A DNA stretch of 64,000 nucleotides, from positions 224,001-288,000 of the forward strand of contig OY970061.1 in the NCBI GenBank assembly GCA_963705255.1, read 5' to 3'. Each line of letters starts with the position of its first letter. Within the stretch, counting starts at the first letter, position 1. A model generated the notes under the pieces. The model worked only from the letters and a program-made list of their open reading frames with translations. It was not told the DNA's origin and ran no database searches. Origin of the DNA: an uncultured Methanoregulaceae archaeon (GTDB lineage: Archaea > Halobacteriota > Methanomicrobia > Methanomicrobiales > Methanospirillaceae). Made by a program: the position numbers and the translations under genes. Below, in pieces: positions 50,167 to 60,018 of the stretch.

Positions 50167-52026
50167 ATGGATTTCAATTACGTACCAAGCACCTGCCCCT
50201 ATTGCGGCAACGGCTGCGGGATCAACCTTGTCGTCAGGGACGGCACCGTTGCCGGGATCTCACCCTGGCACCGTAACCCGGTCAACGAGGGGAAGGTCTG
50301 CATCCGCGGGAACAAGTCGTTCGAGTTTGTCAACAACCCCGCGCGGCTCACCACCCCCCTGATCAGGAAGGACGGGAAGTTTGTCGAGACCAGCTGGGAA
50401 GACGCGTATAAGGAGATCGCCTCCGCGTTCAAGGCTATCAAGGGAGACGCAATCGGTGTTGTCGCCTCCGCACGGAACACCAACGAGGACTCTTTTGTCT
50501 TGAAGAACTTCGCGGCAAACGTGCTGAAGACCGCCAACATCGACTACTGCGGCCGCCGCTGCAATGCCGACGCGGTCAGGGGACTCGCTGACGCTTTCGG
50601 CGCCGGGGCAACCACCAACTCCCTCGCCGACCTGAGCGAGGCAAAGGCAATCCTTGTCGTGGGCAGCGACCCGCTTGCGGAGAACCCGCTTGCCGGCCGC
50701 AGGGTGATCATCGCCCAGCAGAACGGCGCAAAGATCATCGTCGCCGACGCCCGCACCACGGCAACGGCAAAGATCGCCGACCTTCACATCGCCTGCAACC
50801 CGGGCACCGGTGTCGCATTGGTCAACGGCATCATCAGCGCGATCGTCAGGGCCGGAAAGGAGGACAAGGACTTCATCGCAAAGAAGACGAAGGACTTCGA
50901 GAAGTGCAAGGCAGCCGCTGCCTCCGCAACCCCCGACGCGGTCGCCAAGATCTGCGGTATATCCGCTGACGCTGTCACCAGGGCAGCCGAGATCTTTGCA
51001 GCAGCCCAGCCCGCGGCAGTCGTCACCTCCGCAGGGGCAGGCTCGGGAGACCTTATCCGGGCAGTTGCAAATCTCCAGCTCGTGACCGGCAATGTCGGCA
51101 AGGCCGGTTCCGGTGTCAACCTCCTCCGCGGCAAGAGCAATGCCCAGGGAGCGGCCGATGTCGGTGCCGTCCCCGGAGAGGGCGGCCTGACCGTCCCGGC
51201 CATGATCGACGCGGCAGCAGCCGGCAAGATCAAGGCGCTCTACGTGGTCGGCGAGAACATCGCCTCCGCAGGCGCCCATGTCACTGATGCCCTCGGCAAG
51301 CTTGACTTCCTTGTTGTCCAGGACCTCTTCATGACCGAGACTGCAGCGAAGGCAAACGTTGTCCTGCCCTCTGCCTCCTTTGCAGAGCGCGACGGCACCG
51401 TCACCAACGCCGAGCGCCGTGTCCAGAGAGTGCGAAAGGCAGTCGAGCCGGTCGGGTCTTCCAGGGCAGACTGGCAGATCGTTGCCGAACTCGCCAAAGC
51501 GATGGGCCACGAGAAGGAGTTCGCCTTCAAGGACGCAGAGGCGATCTTCAACGAGATTGCAAAGGTAGTCCCTGCCTATGCAGGCATCACCTACGCGAAG
51601 CTCGAGCAGCCTGAGGCCGTCCAGTGGCCGGCAGCAGGCGGGGCGTTCGGCACCGCGATCCTGTATGCCGACAAGTTCGCGACCAGGGACGGCAAGGCAG
51701 CCTTCGCCGCAGTTGACTTCAAGGCAGGCGAAGCAGTCAGCGCAGAGTTCCCGTTCATGGTCGCCGCCCAGTGGCCCACGGGCACCCTGTCCGTCAACAC
51801 TGCCTCCATTGTCCGCGAATGGCCAAACCCCGCAGTCTCCATCAACAAGGAGGATGCAAAGGCCCTCGGGATCACGAGCGGCCAACCGGTAAAGGTGACC
51901 GGCAAGGGCGGCAGCGCAGTCCTCGAGGCGAAGGTCACCGCAGACATCAAGAAGGGTGTCGTCTCCATGCCGGCAACTTTTGCGGCTGCGGCGGTCAAAG
52001 TCGAGAAAGTAACGGAGGGAGCATAA
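50167..52026 (+). CDS. Formate dehydrogenase alpha-like subunit with degenerate active site
   Basis: CPYCGNGC...CIRG 4Fe-4S motif, LVVQDLFMTETA, GTVTNAERRVQ; CN where FdhA has C/U-H; 619 aa. Confidence 0.85.
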   Translation: MDFNYVPSTCPYCGNGCGINLVVRDGTVAGISPWHRNPVNEGKVCIRGNKSFEFVNNPARLTTPLIRKDGKFVETSWEDAYKEIASAFKAIKGDAIGVVASARNTNEDSFVLKNFAANVLKTANIDYCGRRCNADAVRGLADAFGAGATTNSLADLSEAKAILVVGSDPLAENPLAGRRVIIAQQNGAKIIVADARTTATAKIADLHIACNPGTGVALVNGIISAIVRAGKEDKDFIAKKTKDFEKCKAAAASATPDAVAKICGISADAVTRAAEIFAAAQPAAVVTSAGAGSGDLIRAVANLQLVTGNVGKAGSGVNLLRGKSNAQGAADVGAVPGEGGLTVPAMIDAAAAGKIKALYVVGENIASAGAHVTDALGKLDFLVVQDLFMTETAAKANVVLPSASFAERDGTVTNAERRVQRVRKAVEPVGSSRADWQIVAELAKAMGHEKEFAFKDAEAIFNEIAKVVPAYAGITYAKLEQPEAVQWPAAGGAFGTAILYADKFATRDGKAAFAAVDFKAGEAVSAEFPFMVAAQWPTGTLSVNTASIVREWPNPAVSINKEDAKALGITSGQPVKVTGKGGSAVLEAKVTADIKKGVVSMPATFAAAAVKVEKVTEGA

Positions 52027-52027
52027 C

Positions 52028-53281
52028 ATGGCAAAGAAAGGCGACATGCTCTATGCATGGACCAACGATGCGGAGATCAAGAAGAAGGCCGAGCTCGGTG
52101 GCGCGGTCACCGCGCTCTGGAAGCACGCGCTCGAGTCCAAGGCTGTCGACGCGGTGCTCGTCATCTCCCGGGGCAAGGATCTCTACGATGCAAAGCCGAC
52201 CCTTGTCAAGAACGCGGCCGATCTCGCCAAGACGGCAGGATCGCTCCACTGCGGTACCCTCCTCCTGCCAAAACTGGTGAAGAAGTACCTTGACGGCGCC
52301 GAGACCATGAAGATCGGTGTCACCGTCAAGGGCTGCGACGCGATGGCGTTCTACGAACTGGCCAAGCGCAAGCAGATCAACCTCGACAACATCGTCATGA
52401 TCGGGGTCAACTGCGGTGGCTCGGTCAGCCCGGTCCTCGCCCGGAAGATGATCGCCGACAAGTACGGCGTCGACCCGGACAAGGTCCACAAGGAAGAGAT
52501 CGACAAGGGCCAGTTCATCATCGAGTACGAGGGCGGCCACAAGGGCATCTCCGTGGACGAGCTCGAAGAGCACGGCTACGGGCGGCGCAGCAACTGCCGC
52601 CGCTGCAAGATGAAAGTCCCCCGCCAAGCAGACCTTGCCTGCGGGAACTGGGGTGTCATCGGCGAGAAGGCCGGCAAGGCCACGTTCGTGGAGGTCTGCT
52701 CAGAGAAGGGTGCAAACCTCCTCTCCGGCGCAGTAAAATCCGGCGTCCTCGCAACGGAGCCGGCAAATCCGAAGGGTCTCGACATCCGCGGCAAGGTCGA
52801 GGGCGCAATGATGAAGCTCGGCGACAAGTGGCGCAAGAAAGATTTCGAGGCACTCGGCGAAGGCAAGGACCGGCTCAAGAAGATCATGGCCGAGACCTCG
52901 CGCTGCATCAAGTGCTACTCCTGCATCTCGGCCTGCCCGATCTGCTACTGTGTCGACTGCACCACCAAGAACCCGTCCTACGTCACTCCCGGCGAAGTGC
53001 CCCCGAATTTCATGTTCCACCTCATCCGCTTCGCCCACATCGCCCCGTCCTGCGTGAACTGCGGCCAGTGCCAGGAACTCTGCCCGGCGGAGATCCCGAA
53101 CGCGCTCTTCATGCACGCCCAGCAGGTGGAACTCGAGAAGATGTTTGGCCATACCCCGGGTATCTCGATGGAGCTCCCGATCCTCGCATACGCAGAGGAG
53201 AAGGTGGAGCGCGAGCGGCTGCACAACACCGGCAGCGACATGATCTACGAGAACGTCTTCAACCCGCTTCCCAAACACTGA
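52028..53281 (+). CDS. fdhB: F420-dependent formate dehydrogenase beta subunit
   Basis: GGAVT, GSLHCG, KGCD, GVNCGG, RSNCRRC, two ferredoxin motifs (CIKCYSC, CVNCGQC). Confidence 0.93.
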   Translation: MAKKGDMLYAWTNDAEIKKKAELGGAVTALWKHALESKAVDAVLVISRGKDLYDAKPTLVKNAADLAKTAGSLHCGTLLLPKLVKKYLDGAETMKIGVTVKGCDAMAFYELAKRKQINLDNIVMIGVNCGGSVSPVLARKMIADKYGVDPDKVHKEEIDKGQFIIEYEGGHKGISVDELEEHGYGRRSNCRRCKMKVPRQADLACGNWGVIGEKAGKATFVEVCSEKGANLLSGAVKSGVLATEPANPKGLDIRGKVEGAMMKLGDKWRKKDFEALGEGKDRLKKIMAETSRCIKCYSCISACPICYCVDCTTKNPSYVTPGEVPPNFMFHLIRFAHIAPSCVNCGQCQELCPAEIPNALFMHAQQVELEKMFGHTPGISMELPILAYAEEKVERERLHNTGSDMIYENVFNPLPKH

Positions 53282-53299
53282 ATCAAAATCTTCTTTTTT

Positions 53300-53572
53300 T
53301 GCTCTGGAAAAATCGTTGTCTTTCATTAAGGACGCTCTTGGGGGCTACGTCTTCAGGGTCCAGATGGACCCTTCAGACTTTCGCCCCCGCCACTCGGGCA
53401 TCCCCAGTATCGCGATAGTTTCTCAGAAGGTTGACGAAAATATCTTGAAACGGGGGTCAAGGGGGGGTGCACCCCTTGGGCTGCCTCCCCATCTGGGGGA
53501 GAGAGGGGGCCACACTCATAATGTTGGCGGCTATAAGCGATTTAATCATTAAAAGAGGATCTCCTTCGAAGC
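53300..53572. mobile_element. MITE copy D, old and degenerate, same orientation as C
   Basis: Blocks CGCTCTTGGGGGCT, CTCGGGCATCCCC, CTCAGAAGGTTGA, AAACGGGGGTCAAGGGG, CTGGGGGAGAGAGGGGG colinear with copy C; TIRs eroded. Confidence 0.75.
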
Positions 53573-53613
53573 TTTTCTTTGCGGATCCATCCTCACCCTG
53601 ACCCGTTCCGGTT

Positions 53614-54105
53614 TCAGTTTTCCTTCTTGAAGGATCCCTCGAGCAGCTCCCTGAACTCCGCCAGCTTCAGTCCCGGTTCGCGCCTCATCGGGTGGACGTT
53701 GGATCCTTCCATCTCCCCGAGGGCGAATGCGAACCGCGCCCGGATCGTGGGGGGCAGCCCGCTCTCATCGATGGATTCGAACCCGAACGCCCGGTAAAAA
53801 GGGACGAGCCCGAGGACCGCGTGCATGTAGAGAAGATCATGGTGGCAGGCCTCGACAAGGGCGGCGACCGCGAGCTTCGCGTACCCGTGCCCCCTCAGGT
53901 CCACCGGAGTGAAGACCCCGTCGACCTCGTACCCGTCCGGGTGGCGCCGGCAGCGGGCGACGCTGACAAGGGCGTTGCCGGAGAAGACCCCGAATACCCG
54001 GTCGATCGATGGGTCACCTTTCGTCTGGTGGTAGTCCTCCCAGAGTTTTTCGGCGAGCCCAAACTCGTCGCTTTTCAGTTCCCGTGCACCTGCCTCACCC
54101 GTCAT
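53614..54105 (-). CDS. GNAT family N-acetyltransferase
   Basis: VFTPVDLRGHGYA motif A, FYRAFGF; ATGA-coupled to the upstream kinase. Confidence 0.88.
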   Translation of the reverse strand: MTGEAGARELKSDEFGLAEKLWEDYHQTKGDPSIDRVFGVFSGNALVSVARCRRHPDGYEVDGVFTPVDLRGHGYAKLAVAALVEACHHDLLYMHAVLGLVPFYRAFGFESIDESGLPPTIRARFAFALGEMEGSNVHPMRREPGLKLAEFRELLEGSFKKEN

Positions 54106-55448
54106 ACTATCCTGAACGCTCCTGAGGGGATATGGATCTCAAACCGCGCACCGCTGCCCGGTACCCCGGTCTCCGTGATGCTGATCCCTGTCACCCCGAG
54201 GATCTCCCGGTCGATGAAGAGGCCGAGGCCCGGGTGCTTCTCCGACCCGTACTCGAAGATCGCTTCCTTGTCGGTGTCCGGGATGCCGGGGCCGTTGTCC
54301 TCGACAACTAGGTCCAGCCCGTCCCCCGCAAGCCGGTAGGTCACGACAATGTCCGTTGCACCCTTCCCGTGCCTCACTGCGTTGTCGAGGAGGTTGGAAA
54401 AGACGTTCTTCAGCAGCCGGTCGGCGTAGACCTCCAGCCGTTCGGTCCAGACCCTGAGCGAGACCGTCCCGGGGTCTGGCCGGGAAACCTCGTTCAGGAT
54501 GACCTCCTGGACATGGTGCCAGACCGGCTCTTCCACTCCAAGGTCCTGGTAGTATTTCGTCAACTCGAGGCGCCGCCGGATATACCGCACCGGCTCCCAC
54601 AGCCTGCCTGCGAGGTCCCGGGCCTCGGGGCTCTGGCACCGCTCTTTTCCCGATCTCAGCATCTCCGACAGCCGCCCGGTCACGCCCAGCAGGTCGTTCC
54701 TGGTGACGCCCGAGAGGAGGTTGAGCTCCCGGTTGGCCTGCCGGAACGCGTCTTCGGTGCGTTTCCGGTCCGTGATGTCCACAAGCGTCACGATGAATCC
54801 CGAGTCCGATACCGCGCCGGCCGAGAGGATGCCCTCGACATGCGTCCCGTCCTTCCTGACCAGCCGGGCCTCGTGGGAATACCGGGCCCCGTTCTTCCGG
54901 ATCCCGCTGATGAACTCCTCTAGGTTACCGGGGTCGTCCCAGAACGTCCGGAAGGGTTCTCCCGCCATCTCCGCGGCACGGGTGCCGAGGATCTCCGCCC
55001 CCCGGAAATTGGCGTCCTCGATGATCGGGACGGGGCCGTCGAGCCGGACTACGAATGAGCCTGCCTCGGAGTGATCGAACAGCCCGCGGTACCGCTCCTC
55101 CTGTTCCTTCAGGTTCAGGGAAAGGTACGCCACTACCCAGCCGATGGCAACAAGGACCACGAACCGTGCTGCCGCCGAAATGATGTCGCCCGCTGCCGGG
55201 GGCGGGACCAGGCAGACCATGACAACATAGACGAGGCCGATGCAGGAGGCGAACAGAACCCCCCTCCGCGGGAAGCGGTACGATGCGATGATGATGGGGA
55301 AATACAGGAGGTGGGGGGCGACGATGGTGACGTGGTAGAGCAGCCCGAAAAGGTTGAAGGTCAGGCTTACTGCCGTGGCAAGGGCCAGGAGAAGAAGCCA
55401 CGCCCGGTCGTCCCGGAATATCCTTTCCAGTCTCCTTTGCAGTTCCAT
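54102..55448 (-). CDS. Membrane PAS sensor histidine kinase-like protein (H-box His replaced by Asn)
   Basis: About 4 TM, PAS, VTRNDLLG, NLLDNAVRHG, EDNGPGI, GLGLF. Confidence 0.88.
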   Translation of the reverse strand: MELQRRLERIFRDDRAWLLLLALATAVSLTFNLFGLLYHVTIVAPHLLYFPIIIASYRFPRRGVLFASCIGLVYVVMVCLVPPPAAGDIISAAARFVVLVAIGWVVAYLSLNLKEQEERYRGLFDHSEAGSFVVRLDGPVPIIEDANFRGAEILGTRAAEMAGEPFRTFWDDPGNLEEFISGIRKNGARYSHEARLVRKDGTHVEGILSAGAVSDSGFIVTLVDITDRKRTEDAFRQANRELNLLSGVTRNDLLGVTGRLSEMLRSGKERCQSPEARDLAGRLWEPVRYIRRRLELTKYYQDLGVEEPVWHHVQEVILNEVSRPDPGTVSLRVWTERLEVYADRLLKNVFSNLLDNAVRHGKGATDIVVTYRLAGDGLDLVVEDNGPGIPDTDKEAIFEYGSEKHPGLGLFIDREILGVTGISITETGVPGSGARFEIHIPSGAFRIV

Positions 55449-55525
55449 CGTGATCCCGCTGGTTCGGATCTATGAAAATGCTGCTATTTAAAACCCCGGG
55501 GTCGCACACCACCGGAAAAATACGA

Positions 55526-55978
55526 TCATTTCCACCCGAAAAGGGGGATCAGGGGCTTCAGGGGGTCGTAATCCCTGCCCAGCGCCGAGAGCAGGAACGA
55601 CTGCGAAAATTCCCGCCCCTGGCTATTCTCAAACCGGATCACCACTTTCAGTTCCGTCATCATTCCTCCGAGCGGGTGCCGGTGGGACTCATCCGCCCCG
55701 AGGGACGGGAGCTCGAACTCCTTATCCGCCGGCACGAGCGTGACGTGGATCCGGTGCGCAGCTGCGCTTCCCACGTTGGTAAGGATGAGTGTTTTTGCGT
55801 CCTCGCTGAGTGCCGCAGTGACCTCCGGAAGAGATGTGGAATCCTGCATGATCAGCAGGGACATCAGGACGGTGATGAAGATCACGAAGACGAAGCCGGC
55901 AAGATAGATATTGATAAAAAAGAATACGATGGTGAGGATGGGCCCCAGAACAAGGACGGCCCGCGTAGTTCTGTCCAT
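55526..55978 (-). CDS. Uncharacterised membrane-anchored protein
   Basis: Two N-terminal TM helices then beta-rich domain (LTNVGSAAAHRIHV). Confidence 0.75.
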   Translation of the reverse strand: MDRTTRAVLVLGPILTIVFFFINIYLAGFVFVIFITVLMSLLIMQDSTSLPEVTAALSEDAKTLILTNVGSAAAHRIHVTLVPADKEFELPSLGADESHRHPLGGMMTELKVVIRFENSQGREFSQSFLLSALGRDYDPLKPLIPLFGWK

Positions 55979-56071
55979 AGAGACTCTTCTCCGCGTGACT
56001 TTTTTTGTTTAACGGTTTGTTGTTTCTGCCCGTACCCGTTCTCCCCGCATCCCGGGCCGGTCCCTGCCTCC

Positions 56072-57109
56072 TTACAGGTGGTGGAGGCTGCGGAGTTTTG
56101 ACACAATCTCAGAGGTATGACGGGACGGGTCCCCGCTCTCTTTCCTGCAGGGGGATCCCTGCAATGCCCGGAAAATATGCCGTACTGCCTCGCCGTGGGA
56201 CGGGCCGTACCCCCCTTCCAGTACCAGGGCAAGCGGCTGCGAGCCTGAATCGAGCAGCAGGGCGGTGAGATGCCCGAGGTCTTCCGGCACAAGGTTCATA
56301 CCCCCGACCGGGTCGTCCGAGAGGGTATCCTGGCCTGCAGAGACCATCACCAGATCCGGCTTCATACGTTTGAGTAATGGCAGGAAGACTTCAGAAAAGA
56401 CGCAGGAATAATCAGCACCGCCCGAGCCCGGCAGGAGGGGGGCATTCACCGAAAAACCTTTTCCGGCGCCGGTGCCGGTCTCTCCAAGTGCCCCGGTGTG
56501 CGGGAAGAGACCGGACTGGTGGACCGAGCAGTAGAGGACGCGGTCGCTGCCATAGAAAATATCCTGCGTCCCGTTGCCGTGGTGGACGTCCCAGTCGATG
56601 ATGGCGACACGGTCGACCAGGGTTAAGGCTTTTGCAGCGGCGATCGCAACATTGTTCATGAGGCAGAACCCCATCGCCCATGCCGCGGCAGCATGGTGGC
56701 CGGGAGGACGGACGAGGGCAAAACAGCTCGTCCCGTCGAGTGCACGTTCCATCGCGGCGACCGCGGATCCCGCCGCATAGGTTGCCACGTCGTAGGAGTG
56801 AGGATTGATATAGGTATTCTGGTCGATGAACCCGGAGATGAAGGTGTTCTGTTCGAGATATCCCCCGGAGTACACGGTGTCCCGGACATAATCGTAATCC
56901 GTGTGCTGCAGGCACTGGCCCCTCAGCCATGCGAGGTATCCCGGATCGTGGACGCGTTCGATCTCCCCGCAGGCTGCGGCAACGGGTTCGATCAGCGGGA
57001 GGTTCTCCGGCAGGCGCCTGATGATGGAGACCAGGCGGTCATGGCTCTCCACATGGCCCTCCCGGTTGTGCTGTTCAAAGACCGGGCCGCTGATCGCTGA
57101 ACACTTCAT
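56072..57109 (-). CDS. Histone deacetylase family (AcuC/AphA-like) protein
   Basis: RPPGHHA, GFCLMNN, DWDVHHGNGTQ, SAGQD, LEGGY. Confidence 0.93.
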   Translation of the reverse strand: MKCSAISGPVFEQHNREGHVESHDRLVSIIRRLPENLPLIEPVAAACGEIERVHDPGYLAWLRGQCLQHTDYDYVRDTVYSGGYLEQNTFISGFIDQNTYINPHSYDVATYAAGSAVAAMERALDGTSCFALVRPPGHHAAAAWAMGFCLMNNVAIAAAKALTLVDRVAIIDWDVHHGNGTQDIFYGSDRVLYCSVHQSGLFPHTGALGETGTGAGKGFSVNAPLLPGSGGADYSCVFSEVFLPLLKRMKPDLVMVSAGQDTLSDDPVGGMNLVPEDLGHLTALLLDSGSQPLALVLEGGYGPSHGEAVRHIFRALQGSPCRKESGDPSRHTSEIVSKLRSLHHL

Positions 57110-57550
57110 TGATCTTATCAGGGGGATTATCCCGTATATATCTCTCTTTTCCGGCAGGAGACGGGGAGTGCTGAACCGGTGAAATGAATCGTCCGGACAT
57201 TTCAGCGAAAGACGGGTGGCAACCGTTCCGGTTTTTTCCGGAATTTCCGGCAATGCCGCTTTCCACCGGGGTTGCGCGTCTGACCCGGACCGGAAAAAAT
57301 TCCGGAGAATACGCGTTTTCCGGCGGTTCTTATACGGTTTTTTCCACGTATGGCAGATTCCGGTGAAAGTCAACGAAATATCATTGACCTGCCCCGCACG
57401 GGGTTCGCTTTTTTTCTGCAGTATTGCAGTCCGATCGGCGAACAATTCGAAAATTATTAATAACTACACAAAAAAGTGTTACTTTGGCCTATACGTGATG
57501 TTATATAATACGTTGCTGGTATAGGTGGACATTTCAGAGGTGTGTAAAGA

Positions 57551-58450
57551 ATGGCATTTCATCCTCCGGTAGCAATCATCGCAAAAGCGGGTGACTCCGG
57601 AAAGTACAAGGTAGGCCTGCCAGCATGGAACATGCTCCTCCGCGGGTTCCTCGCCGGCGCCTTTATCGCCATGGGCGGTGCGCTTGCAACGGTATGCAGT
57701 ACCAATATTGCTGCGAGTGCAGCGGCGATCAAGGACGTACCCGGCCTGGCATTTGGTGTGTCAAGTGCCGGGTTCGCACAGTTGATCCTGGGAGCCACGT
57801 TCCCTGTTGGGCTTATCATCATCGTCCTGACAGGCGCGGAACTCTTCACCGGTGACGCAATGCTCGCCCCGGTGGCGGCGTTCGTGCACAAGGTGAGCTG
57901 GGTGCAGGTCATCAACCTGTGGATCTGGGTCTATATCGGTAACTTCATCGGATCTATTGTCTGGGCATATATCATGGCCAACGGGCCGTTCGTCTCATTT
58001 GGCATGGATGCCACAACCGGGGCGACCACCGCAACGATCACCGCGTTCGGAACGAGGGCGATAGCGATCGCGGTTGCAAAGACCAGTTATGTGGGAATGA
58101 TGGGCATGTGGTCTGCGTTCCTCAAGGCAGTGGCCTGTAACTGGCTCGTCAACCTGGCCATCCTGCTCGGCATCTGCGCCGATGACCTGATCGGCAAGTT
58201 CTTCGGCATCTGGTTCCCGATCATGGCCTTCGTCTCGAGCGGGTTCGAGCACTCGGTTGCAAACATGTATTTCATCCCTGCCGGCATCCTGACCGCGGGC
58301 CTGACGAATACCGCAACCACGGTAAACTGGGTCAACATGTGGACGAGCAACCTTATCGTCGTCACTATCGGTAATATCGTTGGCGGGATGTTCTTTGTCG
58401 GTGTACTCTACTGGGTTGCGTTCCGGAAAGAGATCGCAGCACTGAAGTAG
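57551..58450 (+). CDS. fdhC: Formate/nitrite transporter
   Basis: FPVGL, GAELFTG, CNWLV, GFEHSVANM, TIGNIVGG; GAGGTG RBS. Confidence 0.92.
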   Translation: MAFHPPVAIIAKAGDSGKYKVGLPAWNMLLRGFLAGAFIAMGGALATVCSTNIAASAAAIKDVPGLAFGVSSAGFAQLILGATFPVGLIIIVLTGAELFTGDAMLAPVAAFVHKVSWVQVINLWIWVYIGNFIGSIVWAYIMANGPFVSFGMDATTGATTATITAFGTRAIAIAVAKTSYVGMMGMWSAFLKAVACNWLVNLAILLGICADDLIGKFFGIWFPIMAFVSSGFEHSVANMYFIPAGILTAGLTNTATTVNWVNMWTSNLIVVTIGNIVGGMFFVGVLYWVAFRKEIAALK

Positions 58451-58473
58451 ATTTACCACAAACACTCTTTTTC

Positions 58474-58998
58474 ATGAAGATCGGAAATGTTGACGTAAAG
58501 ATCTCGATCCTCGTCATTGTGGTGTTTGTCTTCTTTGCCCTCCTCATCGTCGTAGCATCCTTCTCCAGTCCCGCTGTCCGTTCCCAGCTCTACTGGATGC
58601 TTCCCGCGCTTATCCTGCTCCTCGTAATGCCGATGGCGCTCAACTACCTGAGCAGGAAAGAGTATGCGGAGCTCGAACCGGTATACGAACGTGAAGCACG
58701 CCCGGTCAGGATACGGATGATCAACGAGTCGATGATCGGGAAGATCGTGAAGATTGAAGGAGTGGTCGAGAGTGTCCGTTTCCAGTTCCTGAACCGACCC
58801 CAGTTCATGGTCGCGGACCGGACCGGGGAGATCCCGGTGAAGATGTTCACGAGCCCCCCGGAAGATATCCGCAAGGATGATCTCGTCGAAGTTCTGGGAT
58901 CCGTCATCCGCAGGTACATGGTTGTCGGCGACCCGGTGGTCAACTGCGTCTCGATCAGGAAACGGGATAAAAATACCCGGTCTGAGGGGAAGTCCTGA
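58474..58998 (+). CDS. Membrane protein with OB-fold domain
   Basis: Two TM then VKIEGVV...VADRTGEI...VEVLG. Confidence 0.75.
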   Translation: MKIGNVDVKISILVIVVFVFFALLIVVASFSSPAVRSQLYWMLPALILLLVMPMALNYLSRKEYAELEPVYEREARPVRIRMINESMIGKIVKIEGVVESVRFQFLNRPQFMVADRTGEIPVKMFTSPPEDIRKDDLVEVLGSVIRRYMVVGDPVVNCVSIRKRDKNTRSEGKS

Positions 58999-59065
58999 TC
59001 TCCGGTCCGGAAGTTGGTTATGAGCGCGAATATATCCAGAATCCTGATGTTCCGCATCCCCTGCC

Positions 59066-59899
59066 ATGACCCGCACTGACGCCGGCCTGCAGTCCAGGAG
59101 TGCCGGGACAAAATTCCTGGAACCTCTGGTCCCTGTCCTGTCATTTGGGGGGACGCTTGCGGGGATCTTCATCTGGAGCCTGGGCTTTCATTTCGGCATC
59201 CAGTACGCTGCAATCGGCTCTCTCCTGGGCTCGTGCATCCTCGCGTACCTTGCCTGGATACGGCAGAAAAAAGACATCGTCTCGCTGACAACGCCGATCT
59301 ATGCATTCATCTTCTTTATCGTGCCGGCAGACTACCTGCCCGGGATCGTGCTCCAGCTCCTCTTTGCTGCAGGTCTCACGATCCTCCTCGTGCGGCTGAA
59401 ATACCGGTTCGGCGCCTCGGACGAACCGGTTCCGGACGGCACGGTCCTTGCCGGGTCCCTCAGGACCTATGCGGAACGGGTGCAGGGCTCATTTTCTTCC
59501 CTGCCGCAGGGAGGTGCAGAGAGTGCGGGAGAAGTGTTCATCCGGTTTGCCCGGGGAGATTACGAGGAGGCTGCCCGGGAAGCAGACCGGGCAATACGGC
59601 ACCTGGGACCTGCCGGCGAGGCACAGCCTCTGATCCTCGCCTTTTCCGTAGTCAGCGAACAGGCGGCTCACCTGAACCGCTCGCTCCATCCCCCGGAACG
59701 CTATCTGAAATTCGGTCCGGAATATTCGTCGCTCCTCGCGAACCCCGACCCCGTCTCCCGGGACGAGGAGCAGGAATACCATACGACCCTGTATAATGCG
59801 CTGCTTCTCCTGTACGCGGTGGCGTGGAACCGATCAGGTGCGGATCGCGACCGGCTTCTCGCATGCCAGGATTTTGCCCTGAAATTATTCACGCAGTGA
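59066..59899 (+). CDS. Uncharacterised membrane protein with helical C-terminal domain
   Basis: About 4 N-terminal TM helices, 277-aa ORF. Confidence 0.7.
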   Translation: MTRTDAGLQSRSAGTKFLEPLVPVLSFGGTLAGIFIWSLGFHFGIQYAAIGSLLGSCILAYLAWIRQKKDIVSLTTPIYAFIFFIVPADYLPGIVLQLLFAAGLTILLVRLKYRFGASDEPVPDGTVLAGSLRTYAERVQGSFSSLPQGGAESAGEVFIRFARGDYEEAAREADRAIRHLGPAGEAQPLILAFSVVSEQAAHLNRSLHPPERYLKFGPEYSSLLANPDPVSRDEEQEYHTTLYNALLLLYAVAWNRSGADRDRLLACQDFALKLFTQ

Positions 59900-60018
59900 T
59901 ACTGGGCCAGAAGGAAAACCAGAATCCTGTCCGGGGCCTTCCCCGGTAGTACGTTTCTGGGTCCAATACGACATCCTCTTTTGTATTGACTGCGAAAAGA
60001 CCGGTTCTGGTCCTGCAG

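Noticed and set aside
50540-50570. Selenocysteine recoding in the FdhA-like gene
   Set aside because: The codon at the metal-ligand position is TGC and the ORF has no in-frame TGA.
50260-52047. 595-aa antisense ORF over fdhA-like gene and many similar long shadow ORFs
   Set aside because: Expected from GC-rich codon bias on the sense strand; no protein motifs.
57226-57306. TTCCGG-rich inverted repeats upstream of fdhC
   Set aside because: CCGG plus A/T runs are common throughout this sequence; not distinguishable from background.
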